Positions 1 to 12,615 of a stretch of DNA of 64,000 bases are shown here, piece by piece. Positions within the stretch are counted from its first letter, which is position 1. The number at the start of each line of letters is the position of its first letter. Source of the DNA: Hormiphora californensis (taxonomy: Eukaryota; Animalia; Ctenophora); assembly GCA_020137815.1 (NCBI GenBank), contig CM035353.1:3348001-3412000 (forward strand), written 5' to 3'. The notes under the pieces are model-generated. The model was not told the origin of the DNA. It saw nothing but the letters and a program-made list of their open reading frames with translations, and made no database searches. A program made the position numbers and the translations under genes.

Positions 1-1521
1 TCCTATGGAGCTTTGTGACCGAGGTATAATTCGCCGTGATTCGCACGTTCTGAGCAGACTGGTGCCGCAAGGGCCCTCGTTATATCTGGGCTTAGTATCG
101 GCCTATGTTTAGCATTCACGGCTTATTAAAAAGAGTTCGATCATCTTCGTGTCACTTACTATAGATAACAGTGTGTAGCCCACTATAATATGTAATACTA
201 GCAGTTTATTGAGTGGAGGTAATTCTCAACAACCACCTGCAGCTGGGTACACATTTGGATTGAGAGGCGCGACGTGACCAAGTTACACGTGGACGATTGT
301 CGTTGCTATGGCACACCTGGTGGCGCGCCATGGCGCTCTTTAAACCTTATAAGGTATGATTAGTGAACTTAATACTATATTCTCCTGCCCCATCTCACAC
401 TTCCATTCAGCTTTTCTCACATTCTAATTGGTTTACCTCGAGGTAAGGAGATTAGAGATCTTTTTTTTTTTTTTTTTTTTCTCTCTGTGCGCATATTCCC
501 CTTTCTTGGTAATAGACCATCTCGTTGGTGTTACAACACTAGAAAGTAAACAGCTCTCAACGTTACCCTTGTTTGCGACCCCAGTTTTTTCTCAAACCGG
601 CACTGTCTGATTCACTTAATCACTAGTGTATGTTAACAATCTCGATAACATGCAGAGCAGTTTTGTCAACAAAAGTTATGTAGTGGTTTCGGGGCACGGT
701 CTCTAAATTCGCCCGTAGGCACTGTGATAGGTTTTCAGACAGGGACTAACACGGAGGAGGTAGCATCGGTAGGGGTAGCAAATCCGGGAAGGGTTACCCG
801 CCTAGCCGAGATCCTCTGGAGCGAGTCTCGGGGTAGGAGGGATGGGTGAATGTTACGGGTTGGGAATGGGAAGGGGATGGAAACTCAAGGAGGGAGAGAG
901 GTTTGTGCCTAGTTCCCATGTTCGTTACATTTGAATAAACATCTTAATGTCTATATGTCCTACAACCCGGAATGTGATTTGTAGGGAGTGATAAGAAACG
1001 GGGCTTTTGGAAAATGAATTGAGTGACATTGATTCGTGAGGGCAAAGGGTAATCTATGGGTTGGGGTGAGTGCGTGATGCCGCTAGTCCAAATTTTACAT
1101 GAGATACTGTTCTTATTGTGAATGGGTATAGGACAGAATTCAGATTCGCCCAATCGCTAGCCTCAGCCAATCGATAGCTCAGTCACCCATTTGCCAACCA
1201 GGTGATAATATGGTATGTGGGACAAGAGAGTTGGGGCTTCTGATTTAATGAAAAACGAGAAAAAGGATCGGGAGTAGAGAGTGTGGGAGAGAGGCGAGCA
1301 GACAGAGAAGGGAAGACAAGGCAAGGGGGTGAAATAAGCTACACCACCCGCTAATTGGGACCCTATCAAAAGAAAGGATCGGGAGGAGATCTCCCGCTGA
1401 GAACTACAAGGAGGAAAGAATGGGAAGAGAGAGATGAGAGAAATGTGAGACCAGGAAGGGCAATTAACACCGAAAATGGTCACGAACCAGAAAGAGATGA
1501 AATACAAGACTAATAGGATCC

Positions 1522-1524
<3 letters not shown>

Positions 1525-1565
<41 letters not shown>

Positions 1566-1700
1566 ATACATAAAAAGATATAAACCCGGCTGGCTCCTAT
1601 CAACAGGCTATCTGCCATAGCGAGAGAGAGAGAGAGAGAGGGGGAGAGAGAGGGAGGAGAGAGAGAGAGAGATAGAAGAAGAGATAGAGCGAGCGAGAGA
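1525..1700. repeat. (AG)n microsatellite tracts
   Basis: Pure (ga)n at 1525-1563 and an interrupted AG tract at ~1620-1700. Confidence 0.95.
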
Positions 1701-3089
1701 GGGGGGGGAGGAAATGGAGTGCACTGAAAGGGGAGGTGACTTGTGCTATTCTGAAGAGCATACCGAGATTCAGGAACCTGAAGAATAGATTAGTTGTGGT
1801 AGTGTGGGCGAGTGAACTTACCGCTCCTTATCGGGAGCATGCCCTGCAAATGAAATCCCTAGAATAAGGGGGTTAAGATTTGTGATAATTATCGGTTTCC
1901 ATTTCTTACCTTGGTCGACCTGATTGGAATGGTATGGCTGAATTGTGTACCCTTTACAGGACCTGGGCGAGTGGGATAAGACAAACACCCCATCCAACCC
2001 CAACCAAAAAACTATCCCAAACTAGCCCCTCGCTGCCTCCCCCAAAGACCAGGAAACCCCACCCACTTCTCCCTCTTAGGGAGAACGAAGCAGTCCTGAC
2101 CCCGGGCAAGAACGACCCTTACTAGGGGAACAGAGCCCCTGAACCCACCCCTCTCTCCCCACAGAAAACTCTGCCCGGTCCTGGAGTGAGTGCATGGCCT
2201 TACCCTTTCCTCAGCAGGAACGTGCTCTGAAACATGTTACCTAACAACTAGCAGTAATAAGTAAAACGGGGGAAAATAGTAAAACAACTAGACAAACACC
2301 AAAGCCAACTCATGCTAAGCTCCATTCCCCGGCCTGGACTAAAACTAGAATGAAGAACGATAAATGACTAATGACACATACAACTAAATGGAAGGTCATA
2401 CCGGAAAGGATAAGTAGAAAGGTGACCTAGCTAAGGGAAAAAAAACTAATTAACCGCCATGACATGACCAACTCAAGAAGAAATGAATAATGAACAACAC
2501 AATAACATGAAGGTCTTATCTGATTGGAGAATGTAGATCGGTGGTCGGTGTAGCTGGTCCTTTGTTTGCTGTATCTTCACAGTAGCAGGGGATGGCGGGA
2601 CTTGGTAGATCGAGATATTTACAAAGTGGTGAAATTTGAGAAGGCCCGGAGAGGAGGGAGAGCCGTGACCTAACAATTACAACAATACGAGAAGTGATCC
2701 GATTAGAGATCTTTCTTCTCTCGCTCCATCCATGGCCTTTCTCTCATTTTTCTGTGCTAGTGCTTTTATTTCGTTTAACCGATATTGTGTTATTGCTGCA
2801 GATGGTGGTGGTAAATCAGAGTCCCCTCTAGCCTCTGATTTACCACCTACCTAGAGGCTCTAGGCCAGATGATCTCCTATGGTCAGGTCTCCAGTCTCCT
2901 ATGGCCAGGTGATCTCCTATGGTCAGAGTTCCAGCTGTTTGTCTGAAAAAAATTAGTTGTGTGACTTGGATACATGCACCATATAGCAGATAAATAATCA
3001 TAAGTCTATTAAATTCATTATATTTTATAACACTATAGAGAATTGTCTGCCTCATAATCATACGTGGGGCTTACGAGCGGGCTGAAGGT

Positions 3090-4770
3090 TGGATGAGGCG
3101 GTGGAGTAGGGCTGTGGGTGGGGTGGCTGCAGGTGGGGTGGCTGAAGGTGGGGTGGCTGCAGGTGGGGTGGCTGCAGGTGGGGTGGCTGCATGGTGGGGG
3201 GCTGCAGGTGGGGTGGCTGCAGGTGGGGTGGCTGCAGGTGGGGTGGCTGCAGGTGGGGTGGCTGAAGGTGGGGTGGTGTGAGGGTGGGAGTGGGTGGGGT
3301 GAAGGTGGGGGTGGTCTGAGGTGGGGTGGCTGCATGTGGGGTGGCTGCATGTGGGGTGGCTGAAGGTGGGGTGGCTGCAGGGGGGGGTGGTGCTGAAGGT
3401 GGGGTGGCTGAAGGTGGGGTGGCTGCAGGTGGGGTGGCTGCATGTGGGGTGGTGGGTTGGCTGGCAGGGGTGGCTGCAGTGGGGTGGCTGAAGTGAAGGT
3501 GGGGTGGCTGCAGGTGGGTGGTGGGATGAAGGTGGGGTGGCTGAGGGTGGGTGGCTGAAGGTGGGGTGGCTGCAGGTGGGGTGGCTGCAGGTGGGGTGGC
3601 TGCAGGTGGGGTGGTGCTGAAGGTGGGGTGGCTGCAGGTGGGGTGGCTGAAGGTGGGGTGGCGGCTGTGAAGGTGGGTGGCTGATGTGGGGGTGGCTGAG
3701 GCTGTGGGTTTGGAGTAGGGTTTGCATGTGGGGTGGCTGCAGGTGGGGTGGCTGAAGGTGGGGTGGCTGCAAGGTGGGGTGGCTGAAGGTGGGGTTGGCT
3801 GCAGTTGGAGGATGGAACGGATGGGGTAGGAAGGTAGGGGGGACTGAAGGAGAGGAGGGCATGCGGTGGGGGTGGAGGTCTTGCAGACGTGGGGTGGTAG
3901 AAGGTGGGAGGCTGCAGAGGGGGTGGTGAAGAGAATGGGGGCTGAAAGAGGGGGGGTGGCTGCAAAAGGGGTGGCTGGTGCGGTGGAGTAAAGCTGAGGG
4001 GGTGGCGAAGGGGGGGGGTGAGTGGTGAAGATGAAGTGGGGGGCTGAGGTGGAGGTGCTAGTGGGGTAGTGCGCGGAAACAGTGAGGTGAGCGAAGGTGG
4101 ACGTGCGTGAAGGGGTGTGCGGGGGTAGCGCAGTGGGGAGGCGCAGGGGGGGGATGAAGGTTGGGTGGCAGAAGGTGGTGCGGGCACAGGAGGGGTTGGG
4201 AGTAGGTGGGAGGTTTGAGGTGGGTGACTGAAGGGTGAGGGTGGGACCTGGACAGTGGGGGTTATGAAGGTGGGGGTGATGAAGTGGGGGTGGATGAAGG
4301 GTGGTGGAAGAAGGTGGGGAGGATGAAGTGTGGGGTGGATGAACGGTGGGGTGGTGCATGCAGTGGTGGGGGCTGTAGGTGGGTTTCTGCAGTGGGATGA
4401 AGGTGGGGTGCGAAGGTGGCGTGAAGGGGGTGGGGTGGAGGGGTGGTGAAGGTGGGGTGGAGTGAGGTGGGGTGTGCAGCAGGTGGGGGGATGCAGGGGG
4501 GGTGCTGAGGTTGGGGTTGGCTGCAAGTGGGGTGGGATTAAGGTGGGGTGGCTGCAGGTGGGGTTGGCTGAAGGTGTGTGATGGGGGTGGCTGCAGGTGG
4601 GGGGGCTGCAGGTGGGGTGGCTGCAGGTGGGGTGGCTGCAGGTGGGGTGGCTGAAGGTGGGGTGGCTGCAGGTGGGGTGGCTGCAGGTGGGGTGGCTGCA
4701 GGTGGGTGGGGGGGTGGCTGCAGGTGGGTGCGAGGTGGGGTGGCTGAAGGTGGCTGTGGGTGGCGGAGGA
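3090..4770. repeat. 15-bp G-rich minisatellite (GGTGGGGTGGCTGCA)n with degenerate centre
   Basis: Regular 15-mer units at both ends and a degraded middle (~3700-4500). It produces QPPHL/SHPTC/ATPPA ORFs in all three minus frames because the C-rich strand lacks stops. Confidence 0.95.
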
Positions 4771-6861
4771 GGAGCTGCTGTGTAGTCCCATGGCAGAGGG
4801 AGGGGAGGAGCTGCGTGTAGTACCTGGCGGAGGATATGATCCAGACGGTGGTATAATTACTTCACATCATGAAAAGTGATACATATTTGCATGGACAAAG
4901 ATATACTATATTGCTATCATAGCAATGGGAGGAGGAGGAGGGAGGAAGGAAATTGAAAATTAGCACGTATAACTGATTGTAGTGTGTAACACTCATGGGA
5001 GTGGGTGTCAGTAATGATGTTAGTGGGTGAAAACTTACGGTAGCAAACAGGGAAATGTGGGGTCCATATGGGGTCCATGTTATAACTGCTAATTTAGTGG
5101 TATGTTATAACATACCCACTATTGGCAATTTGCGATTTGCGGGCATCGCACTATAGACGCAGTACCCACGTAGTCCGTCTATATTGCGTGTGTCTATACT
5201 GCGTCTATAATGCGTCTATGGTGCGTCTATAATGCGTCCTGGGGCGGCCTCCTCCGCCTTGTTACGTCCTAGTAGTAGATAAAACTTTGGGCGCCACCAA
5301 AAAAACGGGTTTGGGACACAATTTTGAGGGTTACTAAGTCACGTGGGCCAACCCGTTAAACCCAATTTGTATTTAAAAAGACAGATAATTCTTATAATTT
5401 GGAGAGGGAAAGTCGTGAATTTTTCCAGGGGAAAAAGTTTTAAAGTACAAAAAAACTCATTCTTCTTCAACTCCCAGTTTTCCTTTTTCCCGAAATTTTT
5501 AAACTTGATTTAACTTTTTCAACTTAAACATTAGAATTTTTTATTTTATCGTATATTGGGTTTTACCTATTTTTTTTTATCGTTTTTTTATTTGGGTCTT
5601 TACCCCTTTTTCAGTAGACCCTTTAAATTTTCCCTATTTTAAAAAGAAAGAAAAGGGGGTGTGAGAGAAAAAAACTTTAAAAAGCAAACTATGAAAAAGT
5701 TTAAAATTTAATGGAAGGGGGTAGGTACCAAAAAAAAATTTCTTCCTATTTCGTTAAAAGGGGCAAAAATACAAAATTTTAATATGTAATAAAATTTCCC
5801 AAGGGGATAAAACATATAGTATTAGGGGGTTTTTGGATGGTAAGTAAAATAGTAAACATTATAAATAACCCCCCACACAGGCTACCAAAATAAAGTAGGC
5901 CTCTGTCCCCGATACCTTTTTGGGGGCTAAAAGTAACGTTTGCCCTAAATTTGGGAAAAAACCCCCCGTTGGGTCAAAACAAACTAGACTTCCAGAGTCC
6001 ATAGTTGCCTTCCTGAATATAAGAGAAGCCGGGGGTTTTGCATTTGGGTTTGGGAGGGGTTTTATAAATTTATTTTAAACAAAAAGGGGCTCACAATACA
6101 GATCATTCTGACAGGTGCTTACCTATAAGATTTGGTCTTCTTCTTATCTTCGATCTTCACAATAATACATTTGATTTACGGCATGGTTATGGCTAGGTGG
6201 AGGGAAGGGCCCTTTTAAAGGATTTTTTCTTTGGTTTTTACGAATTCCCCGTGATCTCACACCTACATTATTTTTTATTCCCCTTTTTTTTTTCCAAAGT
6301 CTCAGTGGAAAGGGGGTTTTTCCCTTTTTATTCACAAACCCCCAAAATACGGTTTTAAAAGGAAAAATTTAAAGGTTTTGGGGTGGGGAAAAAGGGCCAT
6401 TTTTTGGGCAAATCTAAATTTTTTTTAAAACCTGGGGGGTCGAGTAGCCCCCCCCGCAAATTTTATCTCAAGGTCCGGGTTTCGAAACTTCCTTTCTCTT
6501 TTTTAGGCGGATATCATATTATAATAAAAAACCGGGTTTCCCTGTTGTAAATTGGGGACCCCCCCTACAGTTTAGGTCCTCATTTTCGTTTGTTTTTTTT
6601 CTTTGGTTAAAGGTGCCCTTAAAGTTTCCCCGGAGAGCCCGAAAGGGCCCCTTCCCGGGAAAAAGTTTGGGGGAGGGGCCGAATAAAGAGGTCTGTTTGC
6701 AAGGCCCAATTCTTGTAGCCGTGCCATGGGGAAATAGTCGTGCCTGAACCTCAGGTTCAGGCACGACTGTTCCCCCCCCCCCATTATACAGTAGTTCTCC
6801 TTATACAGTAGTTCTCCTTATTGCCGCGGAGAAGCTTCTAAACTAAACTATATTCTTATAC

Positions 6862-6992
6862 ATTTAGGTGCCGGCAGGCACCTCCGACCCGAAGAAAACA
6901 GCAAAAAACGAAAAAAAGAAAAAAAAATTTTTGCCCCTGCCACAAAAACCCAAAAATGCCGGCCCTATTAAGAACAAAGAAAGGTCTTTTTT

Positions 6993-7033
<41 letters not shown>

Positions 7034-8419
7034 AAAAACATGTCAACGATTGTGGCCACACCGTTTGAGATATCGACTTGAAATTTTGTAGGCATGTTCT
7101 TGTAGTATTCCTTTGTGTCATGACGTTGGCGGATTTTTGAATTTTTAATTAATTAATTAATTATAGGTAATTAAAAAAGGTGCAAGGGCACCGTGCCCCT
7201 GCACATTGCGTGTTATGTCCCTTGCACCGCGCCCTTGCACCAAATTCTATTTTCCGTTCTGCTTAAAATATCGACTTGAAACTTTGTAGGAATGTTCTTC
7301 AATCATAAAAGATGATGTTCGAAAAGTGGGAATAGTCAAAATTAATTAATTAGTTAGTTAGAGCCGTGCAAAAAATGGAATTTGGTGCAAGGGCAGGCAA
7401 TGTGCAAGGGCAAATGGTGCAAGGGCAGCCCCTTGCACCAATTTTATGATCGAACTGTGTCCACACCGTTTAATATTTTGACACGAAACTTTCTATGCAT
7501 GTTCTAGTAGCATAACTACGAGTACTAGAAGAGCCGTATGATTAATATATCAATTAGGTAATTAATTATAGGCAAATTAATTAAAATTTGCCCCTGCACA
7601 ATTTGTGCAAATTTCCCCTGAACATGTGCCCTTGCACCATTTTGTTTGCCCATGCACTAAATTATATTTTCCGTTCTGCTTAAAATATCGACTTGAAACT
7701 TTCTAGGAATGTTCTTCATGCATAAAACATATAATATAATCTACAGAAAGTGGGATTCCCACTGGGAATAGTCAAAATTAATTAATTAATTACTTAGAGA
7801 TTAATTTTGGGGTGGCCCCTGCACAATTTTGGCAAATTTGATATTCAAACTTTGAGCCTTTGTGAAAGTAATGAAAATTATTTATTTCAGGTTATGATGA
7901 ACAATAAGCTATAAAAACGCCCCTTTTTGTTACACAAGCCTGTGCTTGGTATCGAAGACACCTCACACTCTGTCGCCGGGCGACCTTCGCGTGCACACGC
8001 TGGCAAGGGGTAACTTCGTAACCAAAGCCTGTGCATTGTGCATAATGAAATGGATAAATTTTCATCCAGTTGCTGGCGATAGAACTCGATAGAGTTCGAT
8101 TGATTTACCATGACAACGGAGTTGGTTACCATACTAACCAGAGAATTCGTTGTAAAATAGTCCTTTCTTGCTATAAACTCGGCCTTTAGATAGAAAATTG
8201 ATTTTATTCTACTCGCACTAATGCAAGGGCATTTCACAGTTTGGTGCCGTTATTTTTGTCTCTATCTTTAATAGGATTTTGGGATTAGACTGAAAGTATG
8301 GGATCATTTGAGAAGTAGTGAAGATTTGAAAATGTTAGCAACTTGCCGGTTCGACAAACTAAACCCATATGATTCCAACTTCGGGTCGGACGAGGGGAAG
8401 CTTGCCTTTTGCGAACATT
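6862..8419. mobile_element. Non-autonomous Helentron/HINE-like insertion
   Basis: Absent from the paralogous site at ~14690 (ttcttatacatattatatctctcc). No TSD, T-rich junctions. 12-bp subterminal inverted repeats tccgacccgaag (6883-6894) / cttcgggtcgga (8379-8390) and a terminal hairpin aggtgcc-ggca-ggcacct (6866-6883). Confidence 0.7.
7946..8025. mobile_element. 80-bp TTGGT...ACCAA mini-element, 9-bp TSD (MULE-like)
   Basis: Flanked by the direct repeat agcctgtgc (7937-7945, 8026-8034); similar to 50924-50999. Confidence 0.8.
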
Positions 8420-9586
8420 TATATCTCTCCTAACGAGTAATTCACTCAAAATGTAACTTTCAGTCTTTTTTTTTCGATCCGCAGTTCCATCAAACTCTAA
8501 GGTGAACCCAATGACTACAATAAGAGTTAACATGCACTTTTTACATGTCCATTGAAAATTCCGGCACTCAGTTGCAGTATTAGAATGCGGGTTTTGATTA
8601 TCATTACTTCTAAGCAGATGTAACATGTTATTGCTAGAGGTCGTTCACCAATATCGGGGTGAGACATCCAGTCCACTCTATCCAGCTATGCTTGAGGTTG
8701 AGTTTGAAACAAATTTAACCTCCAGAATCCGTCTCCATCTTCCTGAAAAATAAGAGTGTTAAATAAATTGTTAATAACGCATATTTTCATAAAACAATGA
8801 ATGAGCGAGTATTCTGAGAATATATACCAAGATCTGCCTGGCGCCGCCGACCCCATCTGATCGCACTGCCATCAAATGGGGGTATGGCGCCGCCATACAG
8901 ACCAAGATAGAACAAGTTAAGATTAAATGCTACTATACAATAAACTCTAATATTTACATATTGTGCATCCTAGTTGTATGGCACCCGAGATATTTTCCGG
9001 CGATCCGTATTATTAGGCCTAGCGTGTCCAGGTTGGACGCTCGAAACCAGGCCATGGCCACTTGGTCTTTGTTAGCGGAGGGGAAGGGCTTCAGCGGTGC
9101 TCGTGGTTCGGACCGGTACCTTTGGTTCTCCCTGAAACAGATATCACATGTTGAACAGAACACATATTTTTTCTTAGAATTTTATTTTATTTTCTTTTCA
9201 GCCACAATGGTGCTATAACTTAAATGTTTCTATTGCCACAAGACGGTGGCCGAGGACGCCCTCACCGCCCTGGGGTGGCCTCCTCCGCCTCGTTACGTCC
9301 TTTATCCTTGAATAAATTAATCTATGTATATCAAATCTTCTATCAAATTCTATAGTTCAGCAAAAGAGGTCTGTTTACAAGTTCCAATTCTTGTAGCCGT
9401 GCCCGTACTGCAGTCACGCCTGTCAAACCTCTAGAATCCTCATATATATGACTCATATTGTTCGATATATTCAGCTATTGCGCTGGTAGAAGGATCGTAG
9501 ATCTCCGGCTTACGACTTGCCGCGGCTCCATACTTCAGTAGATCTGCACCATTGGTTCGAGCTCCTTCGGACCCCGATTTACCGAG

Positions 9587-11194
9587 TAGTAGAGTCGATA
9601 AGCAAACTCACCTCCTCTGATTTCGATGAAACTTCTCCCATGCTAAAATATGGTAATGGGGATACAAATACCGCTTATTTTGAGTCCGGAAAACTTTTGG
9701 TTCGTTAATTATTGCTAATTGAAAAACGCCAAAATGGCCTAAAATTGCCCTTAAAATGGTTTTGAAATTTTGGAGTTGGAACTCCAGACTTCGTAGAGAT
9801 GCCAAAAGTGGGCTCAGGCCCAAATTCGTCCGAATTTTTGCGTAGGACCGGATGGACTAAATTTTGGTCACGTGACTTCGGCTAACTTCTGAACCATTGA
9901 AGTAAGAGAAGTTTATAGGGGGCTTAAACGATGCAGAAAGAGATAAAAATGACACGTAATGACCTTATTTTTCATCTCCGACGTGCATGAAAGACACAAA
10001 TAGCAAAAAACTGATTTTTGAGCCATTTCACGTGACCAAAATTTAGTCCATCCGGTCTTACGCAAAAATTCGGACGAATTTGGGCCTGAGCCCACTTTTG
10101 GTGCATATTGGCATCTTAGCGGACATCTCTACGAAGTCTGGAGTTCCAACTCCAAAATTTCAAAACCATGTTAAGGGCAATTTTAGGCCATTTTGGCGTT
10201 TTTCAATTAGCGATAATTAACGAACCAGAAGTTTTCCGGACTCAAAATAAGCGGTACAGTCGGACCCCGATTTAGGGACCCCCGATTTAGGGACACCCCG
10301 ATTTAGGGACAGGATTTTTTTCCCCCAAAAATTTTTGAATTTTTTTGAGAAATTTTTTGTGAAATTTTTCAAAAAGATTCCAGCCATGTCCGAATCGTGT
10401 TTCGAATCGGTGCATCTTATCGCATGTCCTTCTGCTAATTAGACGGTTTGGAACGAACCGATACGTGATCCCCATGGTGCCCATCGAATCACAAGTTCAC
10501 CAAGGTCCAAGCGTCAAAATTTCGTTTCGATGGGGATCACGTTTCGATTCGTTCCGTCTAATTAGCAGCAGGACATGCGATAAGATGCACCGATTCGAAA
10601 TACGATTCGGACGTGGCTGGTATACCTTTAAAAAATTTTATAACTTTTTTGCAAAATTTTACAGTACGATTGTCAATGCTTTGATCGGTGCTCCCCATAA
10701 ATTTTGAGAGAAAAAGTTATTTTTAAATTTTTATACTTCCTCACCCGCTTAGGGTGCCCCGATTCGGTATGGTATCACGTATCGGTTCGTTTTGAACCCG
10801 CTAATTAGACAGGATATCCAGTAAGTTGCACCGATTCGAAATACAAACCGGACGGGCTGGTATAACTTAGAAAATTTTTCACATTTTTTTGAAAAAGAAT
10901 TATTTTTTTAATCAGAAATGATCATGTCATCAATACATGAATATTGCATATAACAGTTAGAGGTGTCTTTAGTCTTAATAATTGTATATCATTTTGGGCA
11001 ATAAAATAGGTTTTTTGGGTCAAATATGGCTCACCCCGATTTAGTGGACACCCCGATTTAGTGGACAAGACCCTTTCCCCCGAGGGTGTCCCTAAATCGG
11101 GGTCCGACTGTATTTGTACCCCCATTACCATATTTTAGCATGGGAGAAGTTTCATCGAAATCAGAGGAGGTGAGTTTGCTTATCGACTCTACTA
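9587..11194. mobile_element. Fold-back DNA element with ~290-bp inverted arms, interrupted by a MITE
   Basis: The left arm 9587-~9875 (tagtagagtcgataagcaaactcacc...) is the reverse complement of ~10010-10256 joined to 11113-11194. Confidence 0.8.
10257..11110. mobile_element. Tc1/mariner-pogo-type non-autonomous element (CAGTCGGACCCCGATTTA TIR)
   Basis: TIRs cagtcggaccccgattta / taaatcggggtccgactg with TA TSD on both sides; removing it restores the host arm. Confidence 0.9.
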
Positions 11195-12615
11195 GAGTAT
11201 AAATTTACCGAAACCCTGATTTACAAGCCCCCGATTTAGAAAATTAACAGTTTTTCATGAGTAAGTTTTATTACAACCTATCAAAATTCAATGTGGTCTC
11301 CAGCTGTATAACATAGTTTCTATTTTTTTATTTTTATCCAGGTCATCGAATACTATATATCAGTTCCATGGTTGTTATTATCATGGATGCGTGAAATGTT
11401 TTCCAGAAGAACGGGATCAAGAAAGATTGTCAAGGTGGAGTCATAACTTTAATTACAACAGGACCGTGAGAATTACTGAGGAGTTTGAGAGTCTTGGCTA
11501 TAAGGTATAGAAGTATGTGCTATGACGGATGATTTTTTTTTCACTTCAAAATGATACATTCAATTTCATGATTGCACAGAAAAAATTTTTTCCCTGCCCG
11601 GGTGAATGCCGAAGGCATTCACCCGGATGCCTTTTTACTTTGTAAAAAGGCATAGCAGGGTTAGAATTCGAAAACGACATTTTGGTATACTAACTAATCG
11701 GTAGAGGGACCATTTTGGTCACACTTTCGTTGCGAGGGGCAACCTCGTGGCGCGCGCGATCTGACACTTGCGGAGTAAAATGCACACGCACAAACAATTG
11801 AAATTTTATGAGGGGCGCGTGGCTATAAACTGTAACGTGCGGCAAAATTTGTTTTATATCGGCCGCACGTTTTGATTGGGGGAAAATGGAGAAATTGAAA
11901 AATCTGTTTTGCGTTTTTTTCAAAAATTCGAAAAACACAAATCCCCATTTTGATTTTTGCGGACAGCTTATATATATTTACTCGTTGGGCGAGTTGAATG
12001 GCAAATCGAAGAGGGCAGGGAAACGTAGCATTATGGATACATAATGCAAATAATTCTTGTTTGTTAATCATAATTTCCTGGGTTCTGGTCCTGGGTCCGT
12101 CATATCCATATCATGGGTCCTTTTTACTGATGCTGGGTACAGTCCTGAAAATGACATTTTTTTTGTAAAGGTGGTTCAGATTTGGGAGCACGAGTGGAGA
12201 ATTAAAAGAAAAGGACTTAGTCTCTCAAGACGTTACATGTACCCTTTGGCACGTGCGGCATGGGCAGCAAGCGTTCATAACTACAAACGCCTGCTATTCC
12301 TCGTCGAATTCACGGTCGAAGTTCACGTCGAGAATATGGCAATTATGTCGGATGACCACTGTTTGAAACAAATTTAACCTCCAGTATCCGTCTCCATCTT
12401 CTTGAAAAATAAGAGTGTTACATAAATGTTTAATAACGCATATTTTCATAAAACAATGAAGGCGCGAGTATTCTGAGAATATATACCAAGATCTGCCTGG
12501 CGCCGCCGACCCCATCTGATCGCACTGCCATCAAATGGAGGTATGGCGCCGCCATACAGACCAAGATAGAACAAGTTAAGATTAAATGCTACTATATAAA
12601 CTCTAATATTTACAT

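Noticed and set aside
600-2700. Possible LTR or retroelement coding remnants
   Set aside because: No paired LTR, PBS or recognisable protein motif found by eye.
3033-4791. 497-577 aa extensin-like Pro/His-rich ORFs
   Set aside because: Open in all three frames only because the C-rich strand of a 15-bp minisatellite has no stops; the repeat frame shifts repeatedly and no supporting gene structure was found.
12294-12515. Repeated 'EDGDGYWRLNLFQT' host exons
   Set aside because: The alternative frame (ETDxGxxxCFKL) matches the dispersed orphan ORF family better and the copies carry stops.
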